From contig NW_027271421.1 of NCBI RefSeq assembly GCF_040938485.1, forward strand, positions 566,567 to 630,566: a stretch of 64,000 nt of DNA, written 5' to 3'. Each line of letters begins with the position of its first letter. Within the stretch, counting starts at the first letter, position 1. The notes beneath the pieces are model-generated. The model was not told where the DNA came from, ran no database searches, and saw only the letters and a list, made by a program, of their open reading frames with translations. The position numbers were made by a program, and so were the translations under genes. This document shows positions 27,901-39,656 of the stretch, piece by piece. The DNA is from Diadema antillarum (lineage: Eukaryota).

Positions 27901-29149
27901 TCTTAGCAGACTAATTTATACTGCCTTTGGATTGGGTTTCCCCTTTAACGACTGGTCTGCAGTGATTTCTATCCCTTGTCATGAAGAGTTGTGGTCGGCA
28001 ACCAGTTGCCGACCAATTGCCGTCCAAATAGAATAATCGCCGACCATTTGCCAAGTATTTGCCAACCAGATTACATGTATGATAATCACTTCTAAAAACA
28101 TTTTTCTATAACAGTGGCTGCATCCACGTGCACACATTTTGTAATCCTGTATCTGTTGCCGCGCTGCAAACGAAAATCAGCAACCAATCGGCTTTCAATT
28201 TCCATTGGTCTTCATTAAGTCGCCAACCAGTTGCCGACCAGTTGCAAATCATTTGCAAACCTTTTTTTGAGCATTTGCCTATTTATTGTACTTTTTAGTT
28301 CGCAAAAAGTTCTCAAAGTGCTCTCCGAACGGCCGTCAAATTGTCTGCAAATGCAACGTTGGGCAACCAGTGGTCATGCAGCAGCCAGTCCCCGATCAAA
28401 AATTAGGAGGTTTGGTCACCGATTGGTTGTCGACGGCCGCCAAAAATTTTTGATTGCTAGAGTTCGGCGACCAGTCCTCGCAAATGTGTGAGCAGGCTCT
28501 TATCTGTGCATAATAGGTGTCGTTAACTTGTTCTCACCATCACAATACTTTAATAGTGAGCTTTGACAGTATAACTCGGAAAGCATTGTGAGGCTAAAGT
28601 TTTACCTAGGATGGGTCATCATCATTTTTTCTTTCTGTCTTTCTCAAGTTGGATCCGGCTCGTCAGGTATATGTAACTCGGTTCTCAAAGACTTTCATTT
28701 TCACCCATTTCCATTGCACTAGTTGTTGCGTTGCCCCTGTTGCGGTTCAGTCGAAAGTGTGGGATTTAAGGGGGACAATGCCGAATACCTATAGATTGAT
28801 ATTCGGTTGTGTGGTGTTCAAAAGTAATGATTGTTATTTGTTTTAATAGTTAGATATATAAAAGATATTGAATATCATAAACGGAGAATTTAATGAGAAA
28901 TGGGGTTTTTGCCGAACAACTGCAAAGGAAACCCGGAATATGAACAAAACCCAGGAATTGTGCTTCCAATGTGAACGCCCCTATTTTGACAACAGTTAAC
29001 AGATGTCTATCATTTCATTGGACACAACAGGTGAAAGTGGAAATGTTCCACTTCTCGAAATTATCCGGGAAACATCGTCTCCTTTTCCATATCCACGACT
29101 GCTTTGTCCTATTTGACATGTCAATTTCCATGCATCCACTTCTATGTAG

Positions 29150-29312
29150 GTGAAGAAGAAAATCTGTGGTTACACGTTGACGCGGCCTACGCCGGGACAG
29201 CGTTCGTCTGCCCGGAGTTCCGGGGCTATCTCCGCGGAGTCGAGAAGGTGCAGTCGTTTGCTTTCAACCCCAGCAAATGGCTAATGGTCCACTTTGACTG
29301 TACAGCGATGTG
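29150..29312 (+). CDS. Hdc: Hdc exon encoding (C)[53 protein letters not shown](W). It carries the PLP-binding lysine in the NPSKW motif.
   Basis: Matches [60 protein letters not shown] is the HDC-type motif, against DDC FNPHKW. Acceptor tctatgtag and donor tg|gtaaat. Confidence 0.9.
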
Positions 29313-29989
29313 GTAAATAACGACTAGACCCGATCAGTGATGCATTGGGTTATGTACTAGACAACTTCCATCTATTTCGAGCTGTTTGAGACACTGGCAT
29401 GAATGAGGTCGAGAATTCAGACGTAGATCGCAACGAAGTTTCATTCATAACGCATTAATCGCTGGTGTCATAATCTTTCCCGTTCCATGAACACGAAAGT
29501 TTCCAATCATGCACTTTTGCCCTGAAGTACTCTAATACCAAATCACTCGATGGGGACAGCTAATCATATTATGTTGATTCTGACATCAATATCCAGCGCT
29601 TATAATAGCGAGTTTTAAATCGGAGACGCGAACGATAAGACGACGCTAATAACATTCGGCCAAAAGTGGTGTTTAGCATATGCGCGAGACAGCTGTTTCC
29701 ATCCCAGGAGGCTGCGTCGACTTAGCGTTCGCGTAGCAGATCTAAAGCTCGCTAATATGGCTGATGCTCAAATTGTGTTGACCAATTCAAACAGAAAGGA
29801 CGGTCCTCGAGTAGGAGGGACTCAAAAACTGATATTGAGATGACGAAACTATTCTATCCTTCCTTTCTTATCAGACTCTATGACTGTATCATACAAAGGA
29901 TTTGGGTTTTGTGGGAAGAGTAAGGGGAATAATGTGAGCCATGATTCGTATCACAGATTGTTTTTTCTCATTATCACGTGACCGTGTAG

Positions 29990-30080
29990 GATTCGTGACG
30001 GAAAGACGCTGGAGAGGGCGTTCTGTGTGAGACCTCTCTACCTCAGACATGACAAGCAGGGTACTGCTATCGACCTCATG
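29990..30080 (+). CDS. Hdc: Hdc exon encoding (W)IRDGKTLERAFCVRPLYLRHDKQGTAIDLM.
   Basis: Matches HDC [30 protein letters not shown]. Acceptor gaccgtgtag and donor atg|gtgaga. Confidence 0.85.
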
Positions 30081-30513
30081 GTGAGAATCACGTTTGCACA
30101 AGCTCTCATTTTATTCATTCCTTATGTAAGGAGTAGTCCTTACAACCTCTCTGCAACTTTTGATATGTCGTCAACAGCCTTTCCGAAAACAAGCGCCTTC
30201 CTGGTTGGAAAGCATCATTATGATAGATACATGTATGGCATTCAATGGGCTGTCTCGAATTCACTGTGAAGCCAAATTCTGCTTCCATACCTGTGAAGTG
30301 CCAGACGTACACGTGATATGTCGAAGTATAAAAGGCAAGACCAAACAGACGCTTGTCTTGTAGGAAACGATCGTTTGTTTGTGCGACAGTCTTTTATGTA
30401 ACATTATATAACGGACTCCGCCTGTCTGTATTTAAATCAGTGTGGCTTGCCATGCAAAATCAGTTTGGACTGCTCTGGATGATTATGAAAACGTATTCTA
30501 ATTCTTTCCTCAG

Positions 30514-30612
30514 CATTGGCAGATACCTCTCAGCCGGAGGTTCCGTTCACTGAAGCTCTGGTTCGTGCTCCGTTCTTTTGGCGTCAAGAAGCTACAGGAA
30601 CACGTCCGCAGG
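30514..30612 (+). CDS. Hdc: Hdc exon encoding [33 protein letters not shown].
   Basis: Near-identical to human [36 protein letters not shown]. Acceptor ctttcctcag and donor agg|gtatgt. Confidence 0.92.
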
Positions 30613-30996
30613 GTATGTAACGAGTCACGGCTTACAATGCGCATCCTATTTCAAGCTGGGCAAAACACAACAAAAAGTTCAACAAAAGTTAGGCAAATAT
30701 GTCAATCCTACGCACCATTCTAGAAATATTTGTACGTTTTGTTTGAGAATGGCCAAATTAGATTTTACTGGTAATAAACCTCACTATTTTAGATGGAAAC
30801 CTCACTATTTAGGACAGTAGAACACCGCATGTCAAGTTGAAGGACACACAGACAATCTGGTCCATCCACCGTAAGAAGAGTGTACTTTTTTTTTTTGCAT
30901 CATCTTCAAAAAACAGCGCGTAAAAGAAGTTAAAAGATTTTATACAAACCATTAATCCGACTCAGTAATTTCTTCTCTCGTTGTTTGATGTGCTAG

Positions 30997-31098
30997 GGTG
31001 TACGAAGGGCGCGCTACTTCGAAGAGCTGGTCTCTAACGATGCTGCGTTCGAGCTTCCTGCGGAGAGAATTCTGGGCTTGGTCGTCTTTCGATTGAAG
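30997..31098 (+). CDS. Hdc: Hdc exon encoding [34 protein letters not shown].
   Basis: Matches [37 protein letters not shown]. Acceptor gatgtgctag and donor aag|gtaaaa. Confidence 0.9.
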
Positions 31099-31508
31099 GT
31101 AAAATGTCTTCTTGTCGGCACATGTAGGACTACTAGCAATCCATCATTTATAAATCTAACGATTATTACGTGGAACAGCGGTAGTTCGGATTCGGGACAA
31201 TCACCTGGGCCCTGTTTCATAAAGCTGTTCGTAAAGTTACGAACGACTTAAGAACGACTGGTGATAGTTGTGATGTGCTATAATTATACTTATTAGAATT
31301 TCCATGTAATTCAGCACAAGAACTGATTAACAGTCGTTCTCAAGTCGTTCGTAACTTTACGAACAGCTTTATGAAACATCCCCAGGTTTGTCAACAGTGT
31401 GATGAAAGTCCTGCCGTAACTCGAGTGTAAATCAAACTTACAATATGTCACACATATCCTATTGAATGTTCATAACGAGTCATAGCGTCTTTACCTCTTG
31501 TCTCAAAG

Positions 31509-31958
31509 GGTCCCAACGCTTTCAGTGAGGAACTCCTTCGGCGCCTGAATCTAAGCGGCAAGATCTACGTGGTTCCTGCCTCCATCAAGGGTCTCTATGT
31601 CATCAGGTTTACAGTCACGTCTACCGAGACCACCGAGGATGATATCTTTAAAGACTGGCGCCTCATCCAAGGCACAGCGCGGGAAATCTTCGTCACCACG
31701 GACATCGTGGCCAACGTGCCTACCCGCATGGCTTCCTGGCCAGGTGCGCTAAATCTCACTGGCGGCCCCAAACAGCCTCGAGTCCAGAAACTGCGCTGGG
31801 AAAATAACAACGAACCAATCGAAAACGATGAAGAGAGGAAAGCGCCCTCGGCGGGTGAAAACGAGGAGGAGGAAGAGGAGGAGAATGAAGAAAGAGCAAG
31901 GAAGGATGTTGGACCAGTTCTCATAAAACCAGGCAAGCTGGAGGCCGTGGTTGCATGA
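31509..31958 (+). CDS. Hdc: Hdc terminal coding exon of 149 aa plus the TGA stop. It begins GPNAFSEELLRRLNLSGKIYVVPASIKGLYVIRFTVTSTETTEDDIFKDWRLIQGTAREI and ends in an acidic low-complexity tail ...ENEEEEEEENEERARKDVGPVLIKPGKLEAVVA.
   Basis: Matches HDC [57 protein letters not shown]. Acceptor tctcaaag. In-frame TGA at 31956-31958. The twelve exon lengths sum to 1659 nt, a multiple of three. Confidence 0.88.
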   Translation, partial: GPNAFSEELLRRLNLSGKIYVVPASIKGLYVIRFTVTSTETTEDDIFKDWRLIQGTAREIFVTTDIVANVPTRMASWPGALNLTGGPKQPRVQKLRWENNNEPIENDEERKAPSAGENEEEEEEENEERARKDVGPVLIKPGKLEAVVA

Positions 31959-33307
31959 AAAAGCATAGTTGCTTTAAAGCAGATGCACCCCATTCCCCGT
32001 ACGTTTTGTTTCATCATTCTACCCGTCAATTTTTACTACTGTCTTGTGCGTAGTACACCTCGTTCTTATTTTGTTTTGTTTTTGGCTACCGGTACAGTCC
32101 TTACAGGAGATTCCTCTGCGTATTTGTGTGCCTAACCTTGCTTAGTAGATTTTTCCCCCTACACATTGTCTGGCTAGAAAGATGTGAAGACGGCCTTGTC
32201 ATAATTACGATTTCCCGTTAGATGTGTGAATATCCGTTCAAGGCAAATGGTCAATTGAATTCTACTTAAGAAATAACAAAATACAATAGACTGCGCTACG
32301 ACGATATGTATTCTGCATAATACCAAATGGCAGTTTGCTGAACACTTATCCGTATCTTAAAAACTGAGATATAGCTATTTTCGTGTGGTACAATACCAGG
32401 TCTGCATTTTATGTTTTCCCCTTTTATGCAACACCCCTAGCACAATGTGTCATTTTAGATGTCAGTTCAGTCTTTCCACCTTTTCTTGCAGAGCAAGTTG
32501 CTTTCAGAACCGTGTGAGACTATTGATTTTATTCATTCATGCGTGTTGGTGCTTTTATTTTCATTTTTCGTGTCTTCTAACTTTCTGAGAGACTGCTCCA
32601 TCAGTCTTTCAGTATATGAATCATTTCTGGACGTGTGAATTTGATTTTTGGAAGACGAAAATGTTCTTCAAGAAAATGCAATAGTACCTATAAACAAGAA
32701 AATAATGCTGCAACAGGAAAATGTGATTCACTTTCAGGTCTTTCTTACTCGCTACTCTTGGCCATATCATATGCACCCAATTTAAAGGTACCTTAAAAGC
32801 AATGAAAAGTGATAAACTGTCTAGAAAGTTAACGCCCCTCATGATAATGGCAATGATAGTGATAATGATAATAGTTCTATAACAATGTATTGAAAAAATG
32901 GTAATAGTGATGATATCGTTTATAGTAATAACATTTTTTTTCAGTTTTCTCATTAAAATGTTGAGTGTTCATGAAATAGATTCGACCACCGATAATTCTC
33001 GTTCTCAGTGTTCATTTCATCCCAACAAAACATTATTTCATTGTTAAACTGACAGGTTTGGGAGATATGCAGCATCATACTTTGTAAAGTTGTTACATTT
33101 TCAGATTTGTATTAAGCACCACTTAATAAGCCAGTTCGTAGTTCCAGTTTGCGCATGAGCAGAAAAAGGTCATTTGTACCAAGAGGCACGTTGGTTTTTA
33201 AATTCACTGAGATAAGCATCTGTCATATAATGATTATTCATGTCACCCTTGTAAATGTTGCTTGTCAGTACATCCACCTAACAGCAAACCTGGTATTTGG
33301 CAATATG

Positions 33308-33313
33308 AATAAA
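33308..33313 (+). promoter_or_regulatory. AATAAA hexamer, a candidate Hdc polyadenylation signal about 1.35 kb after the stop.
   Basis: Sequence gaATAAAaac on the + strand. No closer canonical hexamer was seen after 31958. Usage is not verifiable from sequence. Confidence 0.2.
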
Positions 33314-34050
33314 AACAGTTTTTTAATGCATTCAAAGCAAAACAATGAAATAGATGCTTCCCCGATGGCTGATTGACGGACCATTCTGGTCACCTGGTCT
33401 ATGCAAGTTCATTTATTATTTGAACACGAATTCCATGAATTGTTACGTCTGGTAAGCTTCCCGGTACGAATAATGTCTCTTTGAAAACGAGTAAAGTGCC
33501 TAACCAATTGAGAAAAAAGAAAGGTCATTTGTACAAACGTGCCCATGAGCTAATTACGAACTGGCTTATTGTCTCTGTAAGCACTGCATTGGTGTACCAT
33601 GAAGTTTCGTGGTTGTCGTGTTTGTATCCATGTGATTCTATTTTTTTTTTTTTTTGCTATTACAGAATCCTGCAATATTGACTCATTTATTTTGCAACAC
33701 TGTTTCTTCATCCCATGTGTGCTTTATAGATGTATGAATCTAGATGCTAACCTCGTGATTCGTATGCATTTCGTTGCACTGATTCTTAAATGAAACCTTT
33801 ACAAAACTGAACTGAAACTTATTTGGGGTAGAATCTTTACCCTCTTCAATGAGACTTGTACTGTTGCGGAAAGCGAGGTTATTCAAGATGTAAAAGACCA
33901 CAATCGATTACAAACAAACACACGCGTGTACACACATACTCTCACAAACACGAGATAAAGAACACACACGGAATATCCCTGGAACTATAAGAAGAAATCA
34001 ATTGTCCATCATATTTATACTGTATTGATGTCCTCAATCTTGACGCACAG

Positions 34051-34724
34051 GGCGCGAAAGGAAGGGCTGCCTCACCAAGCTACTCAACTACCGGAAGAAG
34101 ATGGGTCGTCGCGCAATGTCCGAAGAAGCGGAGGGCTATGGCTACCCTTTCAACGCCTACTACAGCTTCGAAGATACCTCAAGTGGTTTGCCGTCCCCCT
34201 GTGAAGATGACCCGGGCTTCGAAGTCGACGATGAGGTGTTTGGGAGCAACAGTCACATCCAGAATGGCTGTACCAGCAGTGAGGAGGCTCAGGAGGAGGA
34301 GGAGGAGGAGGAGGAGGAGGAGGAGGCAGATGCAGATCACAATGAAGAAAACCATGACGAAGAGGCTAAACTACCCACTGGCCCTGAAACAGACGACACC
34401 GGCGACAATGCCACCAAGGACAACGAGAGAGAAGAAACCAATCCTGAGGTGCAAAACACCGACCAGGACATCGACCACAAGCTGCAGCCGAACGACATGG
34501 AGAATACCAACGCACTTCACACCAAGCTAGAATGCGTGACGGCTAACGGCCAAACCCAGCCTGTTTCCATGGGAACGGAGAAACCCGTCAACGTTGGGGT
34601 GGCCAGTAAAGGTCGTTTTGGTGCGTTGAGTCAAACGAAGGAGAGCACATACAACGGTGTGGTTAACATCTGCCACTATCGCTCCACCAAGGGCTCCGTG
34701 GTGAGCCAAGGGGACGGGGAATAG
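34051..34724 (+). CDS. Acidic low-complexity ORF. The ATG-initiated 207 aa span 34101-34724, and the frame stays open back to an acceptor-like cag at 34048-34050. It is either an alternative 3' coding exon of Hdc or an unrelated orphan ORF. Sequence: MGRRAMSEEAEGYGYPFNAYYSFEDTSS...poly-E...GRFGALSQTKESTYNGVVNICHYRSTKGSVVSQGDGE.
   Basis: A 624-nt ORF is unusual in otherwise ORF-poor AT-rich DNA. An upstream polypyrimidine plus cag sits at 34031-34050. The exon would start in phase 1, which fits the in-frame donor cca g|gtgcgc at 31743/31744 inside the last Hdc exon. No homolog is recognised. Confidence 0.3.
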
Positions 34725-36603
34725 TTCTGAATGCAGAAAACATTGCTATCAAAAATCTTAATTTGAAAGGAAAATATTTATAGATAGACATAGAAACTAA
34801 CAAATATTCAATGTGTTACTGTAATCTCTTAGTATATCTACGAGCAAGATTACGAATTTACTTATTGCATGTCAACCCGAATAGTTTGATCATGTTACTA
34901 TTATCAACTTTGTGTCTAGCGGTCCCTCGTGCGCTCCCATAAACATTGATTTTCCTGGCTGTATTACATATCTCTGATGGCCACTGTTGCGTGAAACGTC
35001 TGTTCTTATTTATGAAACGTCGAACAGTCAAATATAACTTGGTTTTGATTAATGAGAATTTAGCACCTAGGGATTAAATTTGATTTCTAAATTTTGAGAT
35101 CAAACTTACTTTTTTCTTTATTCAGCAGGGCCAAACTTATTAATCTATTTACCAATAATCAATTGTTGGTAAGTTTGTCAGTACGTTTATCTGAATGGCG
35201 TCTGTATAGTTTAAATAACTCTGTCACACAGTAACACTTGAACGAGAATAAACTTGGATAGCTTAGACAAATTTGCGATAAAGATATCCTTTAGCTTTAT
35301 AAATAATACGAGATGTTTAGTTGGATGGAAGCACTATAGTCATCCTGTATGTTGAATGTTTTCCTCGGTGAAATGGTGAATGATATCATAATTATTTATT
35401 ACTTACTTTATCGGAGTTATAGCTTAATAGTCACTTCAGCTATCAAACCAGAGTATGTTTACCTTACCAAAGTAAGATTTGAAGCTAACTTATTTCCATT
35501 CTACTTTGTTAAAAAGAAACAAAATAGACGTAATTCAGACCGAGTCGAAGAAATTGAGGAAGATACAATCTAGCTACTCCATACTACCCGACTTTGGCAT
35601 TTTCAGAAGATACATAAAGGCTTAACAACAAAGGTTAAAATAGGCTTCAGATATTTTGGGTTCCACATGAAAATGTGAAATACAGTGCTAACGTTGACAA
35701 ATGCTGATTCAGATATTTGAATGAAACAGAGATACGTCAGTCAAATCAAACATTGGTTGTGGAGGCGAACAAAATTCAAAGTATTTCTCTTCGACTGTCA
35801 CTGGGTTCTGCCGATTCATGTTCTCTTTACGACCGTCGAAGAGCGACTGAGAAAATTCTGTACGTTTTATCTCATCATCAGCGTTAGGTACAACAAAGTA
35901 CATGATAAAGATTGATTGCAAAGAGAACAAAGACTAGTGTAGGACTGACATTGATTTTTTGTTTCCTTACACAAGGTTTGACAAGAGAATTACACGTGGA
36001 ATGGATATTGGGAACTTCGAATCAACTTCACTGTGTGACATGATACCAGAAAAATATATGAAGAGTAATAATTGAGTTCAACATCTCTTTCAAAAAGAGC
36101 GAATACACTGAAGGCCTCATGTTCAATACTTAGAATCATACTTCAATATCATGATTTGTAGTTGTGCTCTGACACTTCAAATTTGTTCAATCTTGTTAAT
36201 AGAAAAAAAATCAGACAAATACAAGTTATCAATTCTGTCGATTATAAGAGACGAAATTCTGGTACACGTGTATTAATAATCTCCTAAGCCAATGGTTACT
36301 CGTAAGCTAAGTAAAGATGTGTGTGTACGAAAGGCATTCAACCACATGGACGTAACCAGAAAAGGGCTAAAATAAAGTTCACTTTAGTACATCAGATATA
36401 TTGGCGCAGTGACGAGTAATTTTTATGGCTAGTTAAATGTACCAATACCTGGAACACTTTACCAAAACTCCGTCTATGTGATACACAAGAAACTTTGAAA
36501 AAAGAACTTCAGGACAAATTGTTCAAATCATGATTGATATGTTATCGTTTATGTTGTAACGACGCTCTGATCAGTTGGCTGTAAGAGCACTTGGTAAGAA
36601 ACA

Positions 36604-36629
36604 GCTTTTTATTGTTATTATCATTATTA

Positions 36630-36702
<73 letters not shown>

Positions 36703-36790
36703 CACTACTACTACTACTACTGCTACTACTATTATTATCATTATTATTATCATCATCATCATCATCATCATCATCAATGGTCGTACTACA
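36604..36790. repeat. (ATT)n of ~100 bp, followed by (CTA)n, (ATT)n and (ATC)n. A compound trinucleotide microsatellite.
   Basis: Seen directly in the sequence. It is the source of the poly-I, poly-L and poly-M ORFs. Confidence 0.95.
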
Positions 36791-38812
36791 ACCAGATAAA
36801 GGGAAGTTGTGGTTGGCCCTAGGGTCAATTCATTATTTACATATATAATATAATATATTCTTTTTTCTTTCTCTTTTTTTTTTAAAAGCAGCGGCATGGT
36901 TGGTCAGGTCAACTAGAGTGAATGACCGAGCCTCTCTCCGTCTACATTTTACCTTCTCAAGGCTGATGACCGAGCCTCTCTCCGTCTACATGTTACCTTC
37001 TCAAGGCTGGTACAATGTCTTCGACTGATATCCCACTCTTCATTCTCTCTCCTCCTCTCACTCTCCTCCTCTGTAACCTTCTTCCCTTTCTCCTCCTTCC
37101 TCTCCCTTACTAGTCATCCTGTCTCTCCTATCCTCAATACATGCACCTTCAAATCTAAACCAAAGACCTATTATTTATCCAGCAACTTTATGAATGATGT
37201 GTGACACATTGTGGGAGCTGGGCGCCTTTGAATGTTTCTGCAGATAAATGCCGCTATATAAATGCCGCTATATAAATGCCGCTATATAAATGTCGTTTCA
37301 TCATCATTATCATCTCACATTCTTCATCTTCTTCCTTTTTGTCACTTCCCTCCTATAACCTTCCTCCTACCACAAGGCAGAAACACAGATACCTACACAA
37401 TGAAAACATTCCGTCAAGCTTGTTTTCCATACACAATTTCTTAGCAGAGAAGGGATGGCACTTTAAAACTCAAATACAGCTTCATGCTGATTACAATAAA
37501 GAACATTTTATTGTCATTCAAAACGTACAACATTGAATTTCCTGTGATAACATAGCATGAATATGAATGATGGCATCTCGAGAAAGAGAAACAATTTTGA
37601 TTTCATCTTTCAATACTTGATGAAATGTGTTTGACAGTACATTAAATCCGTATCGGTTGTGGAAACAAAAGAGACTATACGTATATTGTTCTTATCTTGC
37701 ACACATATTGAAAACTTTTCCAGACCATTTTCCTCAGTATCTGATGTAAAATCTCAAAGACCCAATCAGATTGTTGAAGTAAAAAGGACCTAGGTCTGTG
37801 TATCAGGAATTTGTGGGAATTAGACAAGACTAAAAAAAGAAGATCTCTTGTATTTATATTGCTGTAAAAACAATGAAAAAAAAATAGAAGAACCAAAGCT
37901 ATATGTACCTCAACAATTACATCTGATGTTTTCCATATTTAACTGCAGCATACTTTTACTATCTCGACTTGCTTCCTGTACGTAATTTCTTCTTCTCAGT
38001 TTAGTCATCCCCAGAATGTGAACAAGAAAAGAATGTCATGATGACTGAAGACTCAAAATTAAAGAAAAAAATCCACTGAATTTCAGCAGCACCATGCATG
38101 CACATCATGAACATGGATGGTAGGTACACTTTTTGAGAAGAGACAAAAATAGCAGCTTTATCCTACATTGCCACAGTGACACATTCATTATGACCCTTGA
38201 GTACTGCTACAAGTTTGTTTGTACTGATAATACTTGGCGGCACTGTGTATACTACAGTTACTTGTACTCCAAACATAGCTGCTGATACATGCAATAAGAA
38301 GGAAATATCAATATTACAAAGACTTCAATTGTGCATCTAAAACATGGATTCTATCTTACATAGTTTTGAAAACGAGTAGCTCAATGACCTAAATTCAATG
38401 GGCACTATAACAATCTAGTGAGGAAGATTGATTGGTACTTCCCAAGAGTTGGTTGATATGGCAACACTTACCACCGATATGTATTCAAAATACATTTACC
38501 ATAATGAAGATCAGATGTTGCTAGACTTTGGTTTTCAGCATTGCTGTTTTTCCAAGAGGAAAGAATCGGATCAAGCACAGCATGGCAGCACGCCTGAATA
38601 AAAATGTCTTGTTCATGCACAAAGTGTCTCTCCACTGACCCCTGAGTGTGCTTTCTTTGTGTTTAGGATGATCCCTGGGTAAATAACCATATCATGATAC
38701 TTCATCCTTGTACCAAGACTACTGCACTTGTGAAGGCAACTCTGTGAGGTATCACCCATTATGTATGAAGAATGAAATAAGTAGAGAAGAGACAGAGAAA
38801 ACCCAAAGAACT

Positions 38813-38843
38813 GCGGGGGGGGGGGGGGGGGGGGGGGGGGAGG
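38813..38843. repeat. G27 homopolymer, one of at least 12 G/C runs of 10 bp or more in the window.
   Basis: Seen directly in the sequence. Similar runs occur at about 1921-1950, 2258-2270, 2653-2663, 11866-11892, 18950-18966, 19161-19171, 45516-45529, 53688-53712, 58630-58642, 60337-60350 and 61838-61850. Confidence 0.9.
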
Positions 38844-39656
38844 GGTGTTACGAAAGGAAATGTAAAGAGAATCAAGGGTATTATACACAAATAAATCAAA
38901 CATTTATGGGAATATCCCTTCTCAATCTAAGACTGCAACCACTGCTGACATCTTGTAAACCAGTTAAACCCACTGACAGTGTGACATATACAGTACACAT
39001 CCTATCCCCACTGAAACACATGGCCTCACTGTTTCTTCCATTTCAAATAGTCAACACCTTTTCTGGCACTGCATTTTGTGATATGGCTGTGACATTTGTG
39101 CAACTCTGAGAAATCACATATTTAGCACAGACCTTGGCACATTAATATTGCTGATTTACAAGAAAGCCCAAATTTAACAATGTTTCTGGAATCACCAATT
39201 TGCCCTAGTTACAGTCGCTCTCTCTTGTTCAAGAAAAAGACATTTTCGAAATGTCACATGGGATGAATGGGTGGACAAAGTTATATAGCGGTCACATCAA
39301 GATTGTGAGATCATCATGTGTATCAAGGCATTCATGTCATTAAAAGAATAATGCAAGTGTCTATAAAATTAAGTGAAGAAAAAATACTAAGGGCTTAAAA
39401 TAGGTGTTCTTATTTCCTCTGAACATTTGTTAAATGTATAGTATATAATGTTTGCCTATGAAGGTGTACAGTGGTTAACAGGATTTGAACATTAAAAGTC
39501 TCCTTGTAAAAAATTCACTATCTAATGATACAGTTCAGCAGTTTCTAAAATGAATGACTCTCTAAAGGAATGTGAAAGGCCATACCATAACATTCAGTAC
39601 CACAACCTACACTGACATAAGTGTTTGACACACTTCTTCCCTACTAGATCATTTTA

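Noticed and set aside
27122-28491. 93-aa and 86-aa + strand ORFs
   Set aside because: They lie within the TTGCCGACC motif-rich repeat tract and the frames are repeat-derived.
31595-32029. 144-aa minus-strand ORF
   Set aside because: It is an antisense shadow of the GA-rich last Hdc exon, with a serine-rich low-complexity translation.
34138-34530. 130-aa + strand ORF rich in arginine (RRRRRRRR)
   Set aside because: It is an alternate frame of the (GAG)n-containing acidic ORF. The 34101 frame is the longer and more plausible one.
36571-36897. ORFs of 74-108 aa on both strands (poly-I, poly-L, poly-M)
   Set aside because: They are translations of the (ATT)n/(CAT)n microsatellite and not coding sequence.
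38708-39109. 133-aa ORF containing GGGGGGGG
   Set aside because: It is driven by the G27 homopolymer.
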